This document shows, piece after piece, positions 16,815-24,972 of a DNA stretch of 39,610 bases. This DNA comes from Negativicutes bacterium (GTDB lineage: Bacteria; Bacillota; Negativicutes; JAGOZY01). The first letter of the stretch is position 1, and every line of letters begins with the position of its first letter. Under the pieces are notes generated by a model. It saw only the letters and a program-made list of their open reading frames with translations, ran no database searches and was not told where the DNA came from. The position numbers and the translations under genes are program-made. The DNA lies in contig JAGOHU010000002.1 in the NCBI GenBank assembly GCA_017995975.1, positions 1-39,610 on the forward strand, read 5' to 3'.

Positions 16815-17834
16815 ATGAAAAAGGTAGTTGCTGTTTTATTGGTTGCTCTTTCTGTTGTGTCCTGTCGTGAAGCTTCAGCGATGCATGTCATGGAAGGATT
16901 TCTGCCAAGAGGAGAGAGTTTCTTTTGGTTTTTATTAGCCGCTCCAGTTGTTCTGTATGGTTTTTGGAAAATGAAGAAAGAAATTTCCTCTTATCCAGAT
17001 CGTAAGATGTTGTTGGCTTTGGCTGGTGCTTTTATTTTTGTATTATCTGCTTTGAAAATTCCCTCTTTTACTGGGTCAAGTTCCCATCCTACTGGAATTG
17101 GTTTGGCAGCGATTCTATTCGGTCCAGGAGTGGCGGCGGCTTTGTCAGTGATTGTATTGCTTTTTCAGGCTCTTTTATTGGCTCACGGTGGCTTGACTAC
17201 TTTGGGAGCCAATGTATTCTCAATGGGAGTCGTTGGTGGTCTCGTTGGATGGTTGGTTTTCCGTCTTCTAAAGGGAAAAGGTAATAAGCATGAAAAGGTA
17301 GCTGTCTTTTTCGCTGTCGCCCTCAGTGATTGGGCCACTTATATTACTACATCGGTTCAGCTGGCTTGGGCCTTCCCGGATAGCATTAATGGCTTCTATG
17401 GCTCTCTCGTAAAATTCATGAGTATTTTTGCAGTGACCCAGATTCCGCTAGCAATTATTGAAGGACTTTTGGCGGTAGTGGTCTACAATACACTGCTTCA
17501 TTATGGTAGTCAGGGGATTCTATCTCTTTGGTGGCGAGATCAGATGGATCAGGCGGTTTCGTTTTCAAAGCAAAATATGATGATCTTAGTTACTGTGGTT
17601 GGTCTGACAGTTCTGCCCTTGTTCTTTTTAAGAGAAGCAGACTTTGGGGGGGCTGACGGAAAAGCTCAGGATCAAATTCAAGAAATTGCGCCAGATTACG
17701 AACCTTGGTATACTCCAAAGTGGGAGCCAAGTGGTGAGACTGAGAGTTTGATTTTTGCACTACAAGCAGCGATTGGCTCGGGCATTATCTTCTATGCTTT
17801 TGGTTACTGGCGAGGAAAAAAACAAAAGAAATAA
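16815..17834 (+). CDS. cbiMN: Fused CbiM-CbiN cobalt (or Ni) ECF-transporter substrate-capture component
   Basis: A signal-like leader is followed by the CbiM N-terminus MHVMEGFLP and the CbiM core SSSHPTGIGL. The C-terminal ~90 aa carry the CbiN-like pattern (FGGADGKAQD ... EPSGETESLIFALQAAIGSG). Confidence 0.8.
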   Translation: MKKVVAVLLVALSVVSCREASAMHVMEGFLPRGESFFWFLLAAPVVLYGFWKMKKEISSYPDRKMLLALAGAFIFVLSALKIPSFTGSSSHPTGIGLAAILFGPGVAAALSVIVLLFQALLLAHGGLTTLGANVFSMGVVGGLVGWLVFRLLKGKGNKHEKVAVFFAVALSDWATYITTSVQLAWAFPDSINGFYGSLVKFMSIFAVTQIPLAIIEGLLAVVVYNTLLHYGSQGILSLWWRDQMDQAVSFSKQNMMILVTVVGLTVLPLFFLREADFGGADGKAQDQIQEIAPDYEPWYTPKWEPSGETESLIFALQAAIGSGIIFYAFGYWRGKKQKK

Positions 17835-17859
17835 CTTGGATAATAAAAGGAGAAAACTC

Positions 17860-18627
17860 GTGCTAGAATTAGATTATTGGGCCCAGCAAAATCGTTGGCG
17901 AGATATCAGTATTCCAGAAAAGGGCTTCTTATTTTTAGGAGCCCTTATTTTTGCTTTATTTTTGAAAAATCCTTGGATGCTATTTTTTCTCGGACTGAGC
18001 ATACACGGCCTCTTAATTTTTGGCGCTCGAATTCCCTTTTCGTTTTTTAGGCGTTTATGGATTGGGCCTTTACTCTTTTTGATGATTAGTTTGGTGACTA
18101 TTGCGATTTCGGTTGATTCGGATTCAACGAAATTTATCTACTCCTTTTCGATCGGCTCTTGGAATATAGGAGTCACTCTTCAAGGACTTCAGATGAGCAA
18201 GACCTTGTTCTTTCGAGCTTTTGCTTCGATTTCTTGTTTATTCGGTTTAGCTAGTACAACTCCTGCGTCTTATGGAGCTGCTTGGCTATCCAGATTTTCT
18301 TGGCTCCGGCCTTTAGCTGAGATTGGTCTGCTGACCTATCGATTTATCTTTATCACCTTTGCAACCTCTGGGCAAATTTATAAGGCTCAGCAATCTCGCT
18401 TGGGCTATCAAAATATGAAAAAGTCTGTCCGCTCTATTTCATTATTGGCTGCCAATTTAGGGCTTAAAAGCTTTTTGTCGGTTCGAGCGGTCTACTCGGC
18501 CTTGATCTCTCGTTGCTATCAAGAGCAACTTTCTTATCGGTATCCAGATTATCCTTTTTCAGGAAAGCGACTTTTTTTAATTAGTTTTTATTTAGGATTT
18601 TTTGCTGTAGGAGTGTGGCTGCAATGA
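17860..18627 (+). CDS. cbiQ: ECF transporter transmembrane (T) component CbiQ
   Basis: Polytopic ORF with a GTG start at 17860 after AAGGAG. It sits between cbiMN and cbiO and has a CbiQ-like ARG-rich loop (YKAQQSRLGY). Confidence 0.75.
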   Translation: MLELDYWAQQNRWRDISIPEKGFLFLGALIFALFLKNPWMLFFLGLSIHGLLIFGARIPFSFFRRLWIGPLLFLMISLVTIAISVDSDSTKFIYSFSIGSWNIGVTLQGLQMSKTLFFRAFASISCLFGLASTTPASYGAAWLSRFSWLRPLAEIGLLTYRFIFITFATSGQIYKAQQSRLGYQNMKKSVRSISLLAANLGLKSFLSVRAVYSALISRCYQEQLSYRYPDYPFSGKRLFLISFYLGFFAVGVWLQ

Positions 18628-19460
18628 GTGAGTCTCGAAAGATTATTCTGGAAATTGAGGACCTAGATTATTATTATCGATCCGATCGAAAAATCTTAGA
18701 AAATCTATCCTTGAAGGTAGAAAAAGGAACCCGAAATGTATTGCTTGGCTCTAATGGTGCTGGCAAATCAACCCTGTTCTTTCTGTTAAATGGAGTCTAT
18801 GAGCCTCGAAAGGGAAAGATATCTTTTGAAGGGCAAGAATATAACTATAGCCATAAAGGGAATAATTTTATTCGTCAGAAAGTGGGACTGGTGTTCCAGG
18901 ACCCAGATGTACAACTTTTTGCAAGCACTGTATTAGATGATGTTATCTTTGGCCCGATGAACTTAGGAATGGCTCTGCCAGAGGCAGAAGCGAAAGCTCG
19001 CTGGGCTTTGAAAGAAGTGGGCCTTGAGGCTTACGAAAATGAAGCTCCTCATATATTGAGTCATGGTCAAAAGAAGCGAGTTGCTATTGCGGGGGTACTT
19101 GCAATGGATCCGGAGATTATTTTGATGGATGAGCCTACAGCTGGATTGGATTTTGAAGGTACCGAATTATTAAATCATATTATTGATCGGCTAACCGCAC
19201 AAGGCAAGACTTTGTTGATCTCTACTCATGAGACGGATTGGGCATTAGGATGGGCCGATTATGTTTATGTCTTGGCAAATGAAAAAATTGCGGCCGAAGG
19301 GAAACCGGAGGAAATTTTAGGAAGCAAAAATTATCGAGAATTGGGCTTTGGTCAACCAATTCTTATTCGTATTTTTAAAGAATTATGGCAAAATACCTCG
19401 CAAGGCGGCCTGAAAACGATTGAAGGATTTGTTGAAAAATTGCGAAAAAAAGAATTTTAA
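18624..19460 (+). CDS. cbiO: ECF transporter ATPase CbiO
   Basis: ATGA overlap with the cbiQ stop. Walker A GSNGAGKST, Q-loop, signature LSHGQKKRVAIAGVL, Walker B ILMDEPTAGLD. Confidence 0.85.
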   Translation: MSESRKIILEIEDLDYYYRSDRKILENLSLKVEKGTRNVLLGSNGAGKSTLFFLLNGVYEPRKGKISFEGQEYNYSHKGNNFIRQKVGLVFQDPDVQLFASTVLDDVIFGPMNLGMALPEAEAKARWALKEVGLEAYENEAPHILSHGQKKRVAIAGVLAMDPEIILMDEPTAGLDFEGTELLNHIIDRLTAQGKTLLISTHETDWALGWADYVYVLANEKIAAEGKPEEILGSKNYRELGFGQPILIRIFKELWQNTSQGGLKTIEGFVEKLRKKEF

Positions 19461-19503
19461 AGAATGTATTTGTCAGAAAGACAGGCGGAGGGATATTTTC
19501 TAC

Positions 19504-19595
19504 TTATCCACAGGGAACTATGGTTATACACATAGTTCCGCACAGGAAAAGCTAGAAAAAGAGAGATATTCACAAAGTTATCCACACTATCCACA
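19504..19595 (+). promoter_or_regulatory. Cluster of DnaA-box consensus 9-mers
   Basis: TTATCCACA is perfect at 19504-19512 and 19578-19586. One-mismatch boxes are TTATACACA (19524-19532) and CTATCCACA (19587-19595). All are in the same orientation in the cbiO-cbiK spacer. Confidence 0.5.
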
Positions 19596-19658
19596 ATTGT
19601 CGAATGAATTTCCATGGAAGAATTCCACAGAAAAAAATGAAAAAAGGAGATGGATTTT

Positions 19659-20465
19659 ATGACGAAGAAGGGGATTGTGATCGTAAGTTTTGGAACTTCT
19701 TTTCCAGATGCAATTAAACGAGCAATCGAGCCTACGGAAAAAGTATTTTCGGAAACCTTTCCGGATTTTAAAATTTACGGTACTTTTACTTCGAAGCAGA
19801 TTCGGTCTAAAATTGTGAGTCGTGGTGAAATTGCGCCTTTGAGTCCAGAAGAGGTTTTTAATCAACTAAAACTGGATGGGGTCCAACAAGTGCTGGTTCA
19901 ACCTCTACAGTTTGTACCAGGAGAAGAGTATCGAAAAGTCAAAGAATTGGTAACTCGTTTGAGTCAGGAGAAGTTTTTCGATTCGATTCAAATGGGGAGA
20001 ACGTTACTTCACTTTAATGGACAAGAAGATAAGCCGGATGACTTTGAAGAAGTGATTGGCTATTTGAATCAAGTGATGCCGACTTTAGGCAAAACCGAGG
20101 GGTTGATCTGGATGGGTCATGGGTCCCCGGAAGCAGCCAATGTGGCTTATGAATTGCTCGGGTATCGACTGAGGGATAATAATAAGCAGGTCTTTTTGGC
20201 CAATGTAGAAGGCGGGCCTTCCATTGAGGATATCCTACCAAAACTCAAGCAAAGTGGGCTGACTAAATTTCATTTAGCTCCTTTGATGTGGGTGGCTGGA
20301 GATCATGCTCTCAATGATATGGCAGGAGAAGAAGAGGAGTCTTGGAAGTCCATCTTAGAAAAAGCAGGCTTTCAAGTAGAGTGTCATCTAAAAGGTCTGG
20401 GTGAATGGCCGATGATGAGAGAAATATTTATTCGCCGAGCTCAGGCAGAATTAGATAAAAATTAG
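19659..20465 (+). CDS. cbiK: Sirohydrochlorin cobaltochelatase CbiK (anaerobic pathway)
   Basis: The N-terminus KGIVIVSFGTSFPDA and the catalytic-His region WMGHGSPEAAN match CbiK. The ATG at 19659 is preferred on spacing from AAGGAGA. Confidence 0.8.
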   Translation: MTKKGIVIVSFGTSFPDAIKRAIEPTEKVFSETFPDFKIYGTFTSKQIRSKIVSRGEIAPLSPEEVFNQLKLDGVQQVLVQPLQFVPGEEYRKVKELVTRLSQEKFFDSIQMGRTLLHFNGQEDKPDDFEEVIGYLNQVMPTLGKTEGLIWMGHGSPEAANVAYELLGYRLRDNNKQVFLANVEGGPSIEDILPKLKQSGLTKFHLAPLMWVAGDHALNDMAGEEEESWKSILEKAGFQVECHLKGLGEWPMMREIFIRRAQAELDKN

Positions 20466-20491
20466 GTTTTAGGACAGGGAAGAGGAAAATT

Positions 20492-21295
20492 TTGGAAAAT
20501 CAGGTATTATTTGCTTTTGGGTTGGCACTTTTTGCAGCCTTAGCAATGGGAATCGGTAGTTTATTAGCTTTTGTGATTCGTCGGGATCAAACTCAGTGGT
20601 TATCCCTTGGATTAGGTTTTTCTGGGGGGGTTATGCTTTATGTAGCTTTAATGGATTTATTGCCGGAAGCGGTTGAAGCTTTATCAGAATTTGATGATAT
20701 CAATCCTTATTTATGGGGACTTGGTGCATTTGTAGTAGGTATGGTCTGTTATGCATTACTTGAAGGACTTGTTTTGCATGGGGCTCATTCTCATGCAGTA
20801 CATCCAGCAGAACAAGGAAAAGAAGGGCGTCAGTTAAAAATTGCAAAAATGGGTTTTTTAGCAGCCATTTCAATTGCTGGGCATAATATTGTCGAAGGGA
20901 TGGCAATCTTTATGGGAGGAATTCAGGGAGTGGATACTGGGCTTGCCATTGCAAGTGCAGTGGCTCTTCATAATATTCCTGTCGGCATTGCCGTGGCGAT
21001 CCCTCTGTATTTAACAACAGGTAGTCGTTGGAAGGCTTTCTTGCTCTCCATGGCAGTGGGGATGGGAGAATTTGTGGGAGCCTTATTGGCCTATTTCCTT
21101 CTCTATCCTTGGTTGACCGACCAAAGCTTAGCTGTACTCTTTGCGATTGTAGCAGGTATGATGGTTATGATTACTTTGGATGAGATCCTGCCAGCGGCTC
21201 AGGAATATGGTCAATCTCGCTGGGTCATGTATGGAATTATTTTAGGGATGAGTGTCTTTGCTATGCTTAGTGTGGTTTTGGGGCATCATCATTAA
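20492..21295 (+). CDS. zupT: ZIP-family divalent metal transporter (ZupT-like), copy 1
   Basis: TTG start. Eight-TM pattern with the ZIP motifs GHNIVEGMA and ALHNIPVGIAVA, and a His-rich loop HGAHSHAVHP. Confidence 0.75.
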   Translation: MENQVLFAFGLALFAALAMGIGSLLAFVIRRDQTQWLSLGLGFSGGVMLYVALMDLLPEAVEALSEFDDINPYLWGLGAFVVGMVCYALLEGLVLHGAHSHAVHPAEQGKEGRQLKIAKMGFLAAISIAGHNIVEGMAIFMGGIQGVDTGLAIASAVALHNIPVGIAVAIPLYLTTGSRWKAFLLSMAVGMGEFVGALLAYFLLYPWLTDQSLAVLFAIVAGMMVMITLDEILPAAQEYGQSRWVMYGIILGMSVFAMLSVVLGHHH

Positions 21296-21321
21296 GGGTT
21301 GGATTGAAAGGAGAGAGTCAG

Positions 21322-22119
21322 ATGAATGAATCAGTTCTTTTTGCATTAGGGCTTTCTTTGCTTGCTGGTCTGGCGACCGGGGTAGGGAGCTTGATTGCTT
21401 TTATCACTCATCGCACTCAGACCTCGGTTCTTTCGATTGGGTTAGGCTTTTCAGGCGGGGTTATGATCTACGTTTCCTTTATGGAACTTTTTCCAAGCGG
21501 ATTGGAAGTGATTCAACGATTTATGCCTGGCAAAGAAGGTCAATTATGGGGAATTGCTGCTTTTTTTGGGGGGATGGCATTCTTTTCTTTGATTGACCGC
21601 TTGCTCCCAGAAGAGACCAATCCTCATGAAGCTCATAGGGTGGAAGAAATGGACGAAAAAGAGAATCATCATCGGCTTCAGCGGATGGGGATTTTTACTG
21701 CCTTAGCTGTAGCAATTCATAATTTCCCCGAAGGGATGGCTACTTTTGTGGCAGCTTTAGAGAATCCCGAGATTGGAATTGCAGTAGCTGGCGCAGTGGC
21801 GCTTCACAATATCCCCGAAGGGATTGCAGTAGCGATTCCGATCTATTTTGCTACAGGTAGTCGCTTGAAAGCCTTTTCTTATTCTTTCTTGTCTGGGTTG
21901 GCTGAGCCACTCGGAGCATTGGTTGGCTATTTATTATTGAGCCCTTGGCTCGGAGGGATTGGCATCGGATTTATGTTTGCCGGGATTGCAGGCATGATGG
22001 TAATGATTTCTTTAGACGAGCTTTTACCCGCTGCGAGAGAATACGGAGAGCCTCATAAGGCCATGTATGGTCTTGCGGCAGGGATGCTGGTGATGGCCAT
22101 TGGGTTGGTTTATCTCTAA
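21322..22119 (+). CDS. ZIP-family divalent metal transporter (ZupT-like), copy 2
   Basis: ATG after AAAGGAGAG. Motifs IHNFPEGMA and ALHNIPEGIAVA, with a His/Glu-rich loop NPHEAHRVEEMDEKENHH. Confidence 0.75.
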   Translation: MNESVLFALGLSLLAGLATGVGSLIAFITHRTQTSVLSIGLGFSGGVMIYVSFMELFPSGLEVIQRFMPGKEGQLWGIAAFFGGMAFFSLIDRLLPEETNPHEAHRVEEMDEKENHHRLQRMGIFTALAVAIHNFPEGMATFVAALENPEIGIAVAGAVALHNIPEGIAVAIPIYFATGSRLKAFSYSFLSGLAEPLGALVGYLLLSPWLGGIGIGFMFAGIAGMMVMISLDELLPAAREYGEPHKAMYGLAAGMLVMAIGLVYL

Positions 22120-22193
22120 TGAATATGAAGACCAAGACTTGTCAGGCGATTTTAGTTAATGGTATAGTAGGAGAGTAAAAAAGTTAATATTTG

Positions 22194-22460
22194 CGATAAA
22201 GGTGCCTTAGGGCATAATAGGGAAGTTCGGTGTAAAGCCGACGCGGTCCCGCCACTGTGTAGGAGCTTGCATTTGCAAGGCTGATTCAAAAACACCACTG
22301 ATTTTTTTCGGGAAGGTTTGAATTGGATAATCCAAAGCCAGGAGACCTGCCTTTATGAGTGTCACCGATTGTACCTACGAGCGATAGGGAGGGGATGAGG
22401 GCGATCCTCGTCATGCCGTATTTTTCAAGGAGCAAGAGGAATGCTCTTTTTTTTATTCCA
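22194..22460 (+). promoter_or_regulatory. Cobalamin (B12) riboswitch with terminator expression platform
   Basis: The P1 helix pairs ATAAAGG (22195-22201) with CCTTTAT (22350-22356). The conserved core is AATAGGGAAGTTCGGTGTAAAGCCGACGCGGTCCCGCCACTGTG, including the B12 box GCCACTG. The downstream hairpin AAGGAGCA/TGCTCTTT is followed by a T-run (22428-22460). Confidence 0.85.
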
Positions 22461-22489
22461 AAAAACCAGAAGAGAAAGGAAGAGAAACT

Positions 22490-23230
22490 GTGGAAATGAA
22501 GAAAAATGAATTGTTTATTGGGGTGGGAGTCGGGCCGGGCGATCCGGAGCTAGTCACGGTAAAAGCGATGCGAGCGATTCAAAGTGCAGATGTAATTATT
22601 GCACCTCGTACAGAGAAAAAAGAGGGAAGCGTTGCTTTTGAAATTGCCAAAGTCTATATTCGCCCTGAGACCGAAGTACTTCAATTGATTTTTCCAATGA
22701 ACTTTGATGCAGACTCTCAAGATTTCTACTGGGAAGCTGCAAGGGATGAGATTATCCGCCAGATTGAAGCGGGAAAGAAAGTCGTTTTTCTCACTTTGGG
22801 AGACCCAATGCTTTATAGTACTTATATCTATGTATTCCGTCTTCTACAAAAGGCAGGAATTGAGGGGACTACGATCCCTGGGATTAATTCTTTTTCGGCC
22901 ATTGCTAGTCATTTGAATCAGCCTTTAGCTGAAGGAAATGATGTATTGACCATTATTCCTGGTACTATTAGCGAAGAAAAAATGCGTGCTGCGGTGAAGG
23001 CCACTGATAGTGCAGTTGTGATGAAAGTGTTCCGTAAATATCCTCAGATCAAAGGTATTTTATCCGAGGAAAATTTATTGGCTCAAGGAACCATGATTTC
23101 TCGCTGTGGATTGGACGGGGAAACTCGTTTTACTCACTTAGATCAAAAAGATCCGGAAGATTTGAATTATCTATCGACTTTGTTGACTCGTCGCCGAGGG
23201 TATGATGATACTCGCCCAGAAGAAGAGTAA
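22490..23230 (+). CDS. cbiL: Cobalt-factor II (precorrin-2) C20-methyltransferase CbiL
   Basis: GVGVGPGDPELVT, FLTLGDPMLYST and IPGINSF are class III tetrapyrrole methylase motifs. The overall pattern matches CbiL, including the C-terminal YLSTLL. Confidence 0.8.
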   Translation: MEMKKNELFIGVGVGPGDPELVTVKAMRAIQSADVIIAPRTEKKEGSVAFEIAKVYIRPETEVLQLIFPMNFDADSQDFYWEAARDEIIRQIEAGKKVVFLTLGDPMLYSTYIYVFRLLQKAGIEGTTIPGINSFSAIASHLNQPLAEGNDVLTIIPGTISEEKMRAAVKATDSAVVMKVFRKYPQIKGILSEENLLAQGTMISRCGLDGETRFTHLDQKDPEDLNYLSTLLTRRRGYDDTRPEEE

Positions 23231-23262
23231 GAAAGAGTTGTAAGGCAGAAAGGAAGAGTAGG

Positions 23263-24363
23263 ATGAATAAGGAAATGAAGTCGGGTTTGACGACAGGAAC
23301 TTGTGCTGCGGTTGCGGCGAAAGCCGCTCTTCTTGCTTTGCAAGGCCAAGAGCCAGATCTGGTAGAAGTGCGAAATCCTCAAGGCCAGACCTTGGCGATG
23401 AAGATCAGTGGCTTTGGTGTGACTTCTGAGTCAGAGGGGTGGGCTAAGGTCATCAAAGATGGTGGGGACGATCCGGATATTACCCACGGAGCAGAGATTG
23501 TGGTCCAAGTCCGCTTGACTGGTACAGAGGTTCATTTAATTGGTGGTACTGGGGTCGGAAAAGTGACAAAAAAGGGCCTACAAATTCCGGTAGGAGAAGC
23601 GGCGATTAATCCGGTACCGCGCCAGATGATCCTTTGGGCTGTCCAAGAGGTGCTCGAAAAAGGTCAGGGAGTCGAAGTGACTGTGATCGTCCCAGAGGGA
23701 GAAAAACTCGCTCTAAAAACTCTTAATCCTAGGCTTGGAATTGAGGGTGGGATATCGATTCTTGGAACGACCGGGATCGTTCGCCCTATGAGTGAAGAGG
23801 CTTTTAAAGAGTCGTTGCTTCCCCATTTGGAGATCATTCGAGCAAATGACTTGGCGACCGTCGTTCTTGTGCCAGGTGGCATGGGAGAAAAGTCGGCTGA
23901 AAAAATTGGCTGTTCCCCCGATATGATTGCTCAGATGAGTAATTTTGTAGGCTTTATGCTTCAACAATCTGTCGAACGCCATTTTAAAGAGGTGATTCTT
24001 TTTGGACATATTGGGAAACTAGCTAAAGTTGCGGCTGGGACCTTTCATACTCACAATAAGATGGGCGATGGCAGGCGAGAAGTGATTGCTGCTTTGGCTG
24101 CTCAAGCTGGGGCCTCTCCAAGTCTGGTCTCATCGCTTTTGGATGGGAACACAGCAGAAGAAACGCTAGAATTGTTAGACCAAGAAGGGTTATTGGCAAA
24201 AGTGACTCGAGCTGTAGCCGAGAGAGCCGCAAAAAGATCGGAAGAATATATATTTGGGGAGCTTCGAGTGGGGATTGTATTGACCCGATTGTCAGGAGAA
24301 ATTTTATCTTATGATTCAAATGCGGCAGAGATAGGGAGGCGATTGGGATGGACTCTCGATTGA
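23263..24363 (+). CDS. cbiD: Cobalt-precorrin-5B C1-methyltransferase CbiD
   Basis: The N-terminal SGLTTGTCAAVAAKAA, the DDPDITHG motif and GGISILGTTGIVRPMS are hallmarks of CbiD. Confidence 0.85.
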   Translation: MNKEMKSGLTTGTCAAVAAKAALLALQGQEPDLVEVRNPQGQTLAMKISGFGVTSESEGWAKVIKDGGDDPDITHGAEIVVQVRLTGTEVHLIGGTGVGKVTKKGLQIPVGEAAINPVPRQMILWAVQEVLEKGQGVEVTVIVPEGEKLALKTLNPRLGIEGGISILGTTGIVRPMSEEAFKESLLPHLEIIRANDLATVVLVPGGMGEKSAEKIGCSPDMIAQMSNFVGFMLQQSVERHFKEVILFGHIGKLAKVAAGTFHTHNKMGDGRREVIAALAAQAGASPSLVSSLLDGNTAEETLELLDQEGLLAKVTRAVAERAAKRSEEYIFGELRVGIVLTRLSGEILSYDSNAAEIGRRLGWTLD

Positions 24364-24971
24364 TTGTGATTGGTCTAGGGCCAGGACATCCAGACTACAT
24401 CTTGCCGATCGCTTTAAAGAAAGCAAGAGAAGTAAAATTTTTGATCGGTAGCGGTCGGGGCTTGCAGAGTTTTCCCGATTTTGAGGATCAAAGTCGAATT
24501 TTATTAAAAGGTAATATAGAGAATATGCTCTGCTCCATTGAAGAGTCGTGGCTTCAAGGCGATACGGCAGTTCTCGTCTCTGGTGATCCGGGCTATTATA
24601 GTCTTTTGGATGCAATGAAGGCCAAGTGGCCGGAAAAAGAAATCGAAGTGATTATTGGGATCGGCTCTTTGCCTTTGGCTTTTGCGAAAGTGGGAATTCC
24701 GTGGCATCATGCCACATTGGCTAGCTTTCATGGGCGGACCCCACCGAAAGAAGCACTTGAATATCAGGTGGATAAAAAATTAGGCTTATTAACAGACCCT
24801 AGAGAAAACCCAAGTAAAATTGGAGAAGCTCTTTTAAATATAGGCTGGTCTCAAGAGACCACTGTTTGGATTTGTGAGAATCTTACCTATGAAAATGAAA
24901 GAATAAGAAAATATAAGTTGGATCAGTTGCCTGAAAAAGTCGAGGGTCCAGCAGTATGGGTGGTGGAGTAA
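24348..24971 (+). CDS. cbiE: Cobalt-precorrin-7 C5-methyltransferase CbiE
   Basis: IGLGPGHPDY and VLVSGDPGYYS motifs. It overlaps cbiD by 16 nt and is followed by cbiT. Confidence 0.8.
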   Translation: MDSRLIVIGLGPGHPDYILPIALKKAREVKFLIGSGRGLQSFPDFEDQSRILLKGNIENMLCSIEESWLQGDTAVLVSGDPGYYSLLDAMKAKWPEKEIEVIIGIGSLPLAFAKVGIPWHHATLASFHGRTPPKEALEYQVDKKLGLLTDPRENPSKIGEALLNIGWSQETTVWICENLTYENERIRKYKLDQLPEKVEGPAVWVVE

Positions 24972-24972
24972 A

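Noticed and set aside
16538-16870. A 110-aa plus-strand ORF bridging the small membrane protein gene and cbiMN.
   Set aside because: It reads through a strong intrinsic terminator (16726-16756) and overlaps two better-supported ORFs in other frames.
19461-19649. The chromosomal replication origin (oriC), as an explanation for the DnaA boxes.
   Set aside because: There is no dnaA, dnaN or rpmH nearby. No obvious AT-rich 13-mer/27-mer unwinding element is present. The spacer is only 189 bp and lies inside a co-oriented metabolic gene block. A secondary DnaA-box cluster or regulatory site is more plausible.
22392-22416. A first hairpin after the B12 aptamer (GATGAGGG...CCTCGTCAT), considered as the riboswitch terminator.
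   Set aside because: The stem is imperfect and is separated from the T-run by GCCGTA. The downstream hairpin AAGGAGCA/TGCTCTTT with T8 is a better terminator, and this first hairpin may be part of the anti-terminator switch.
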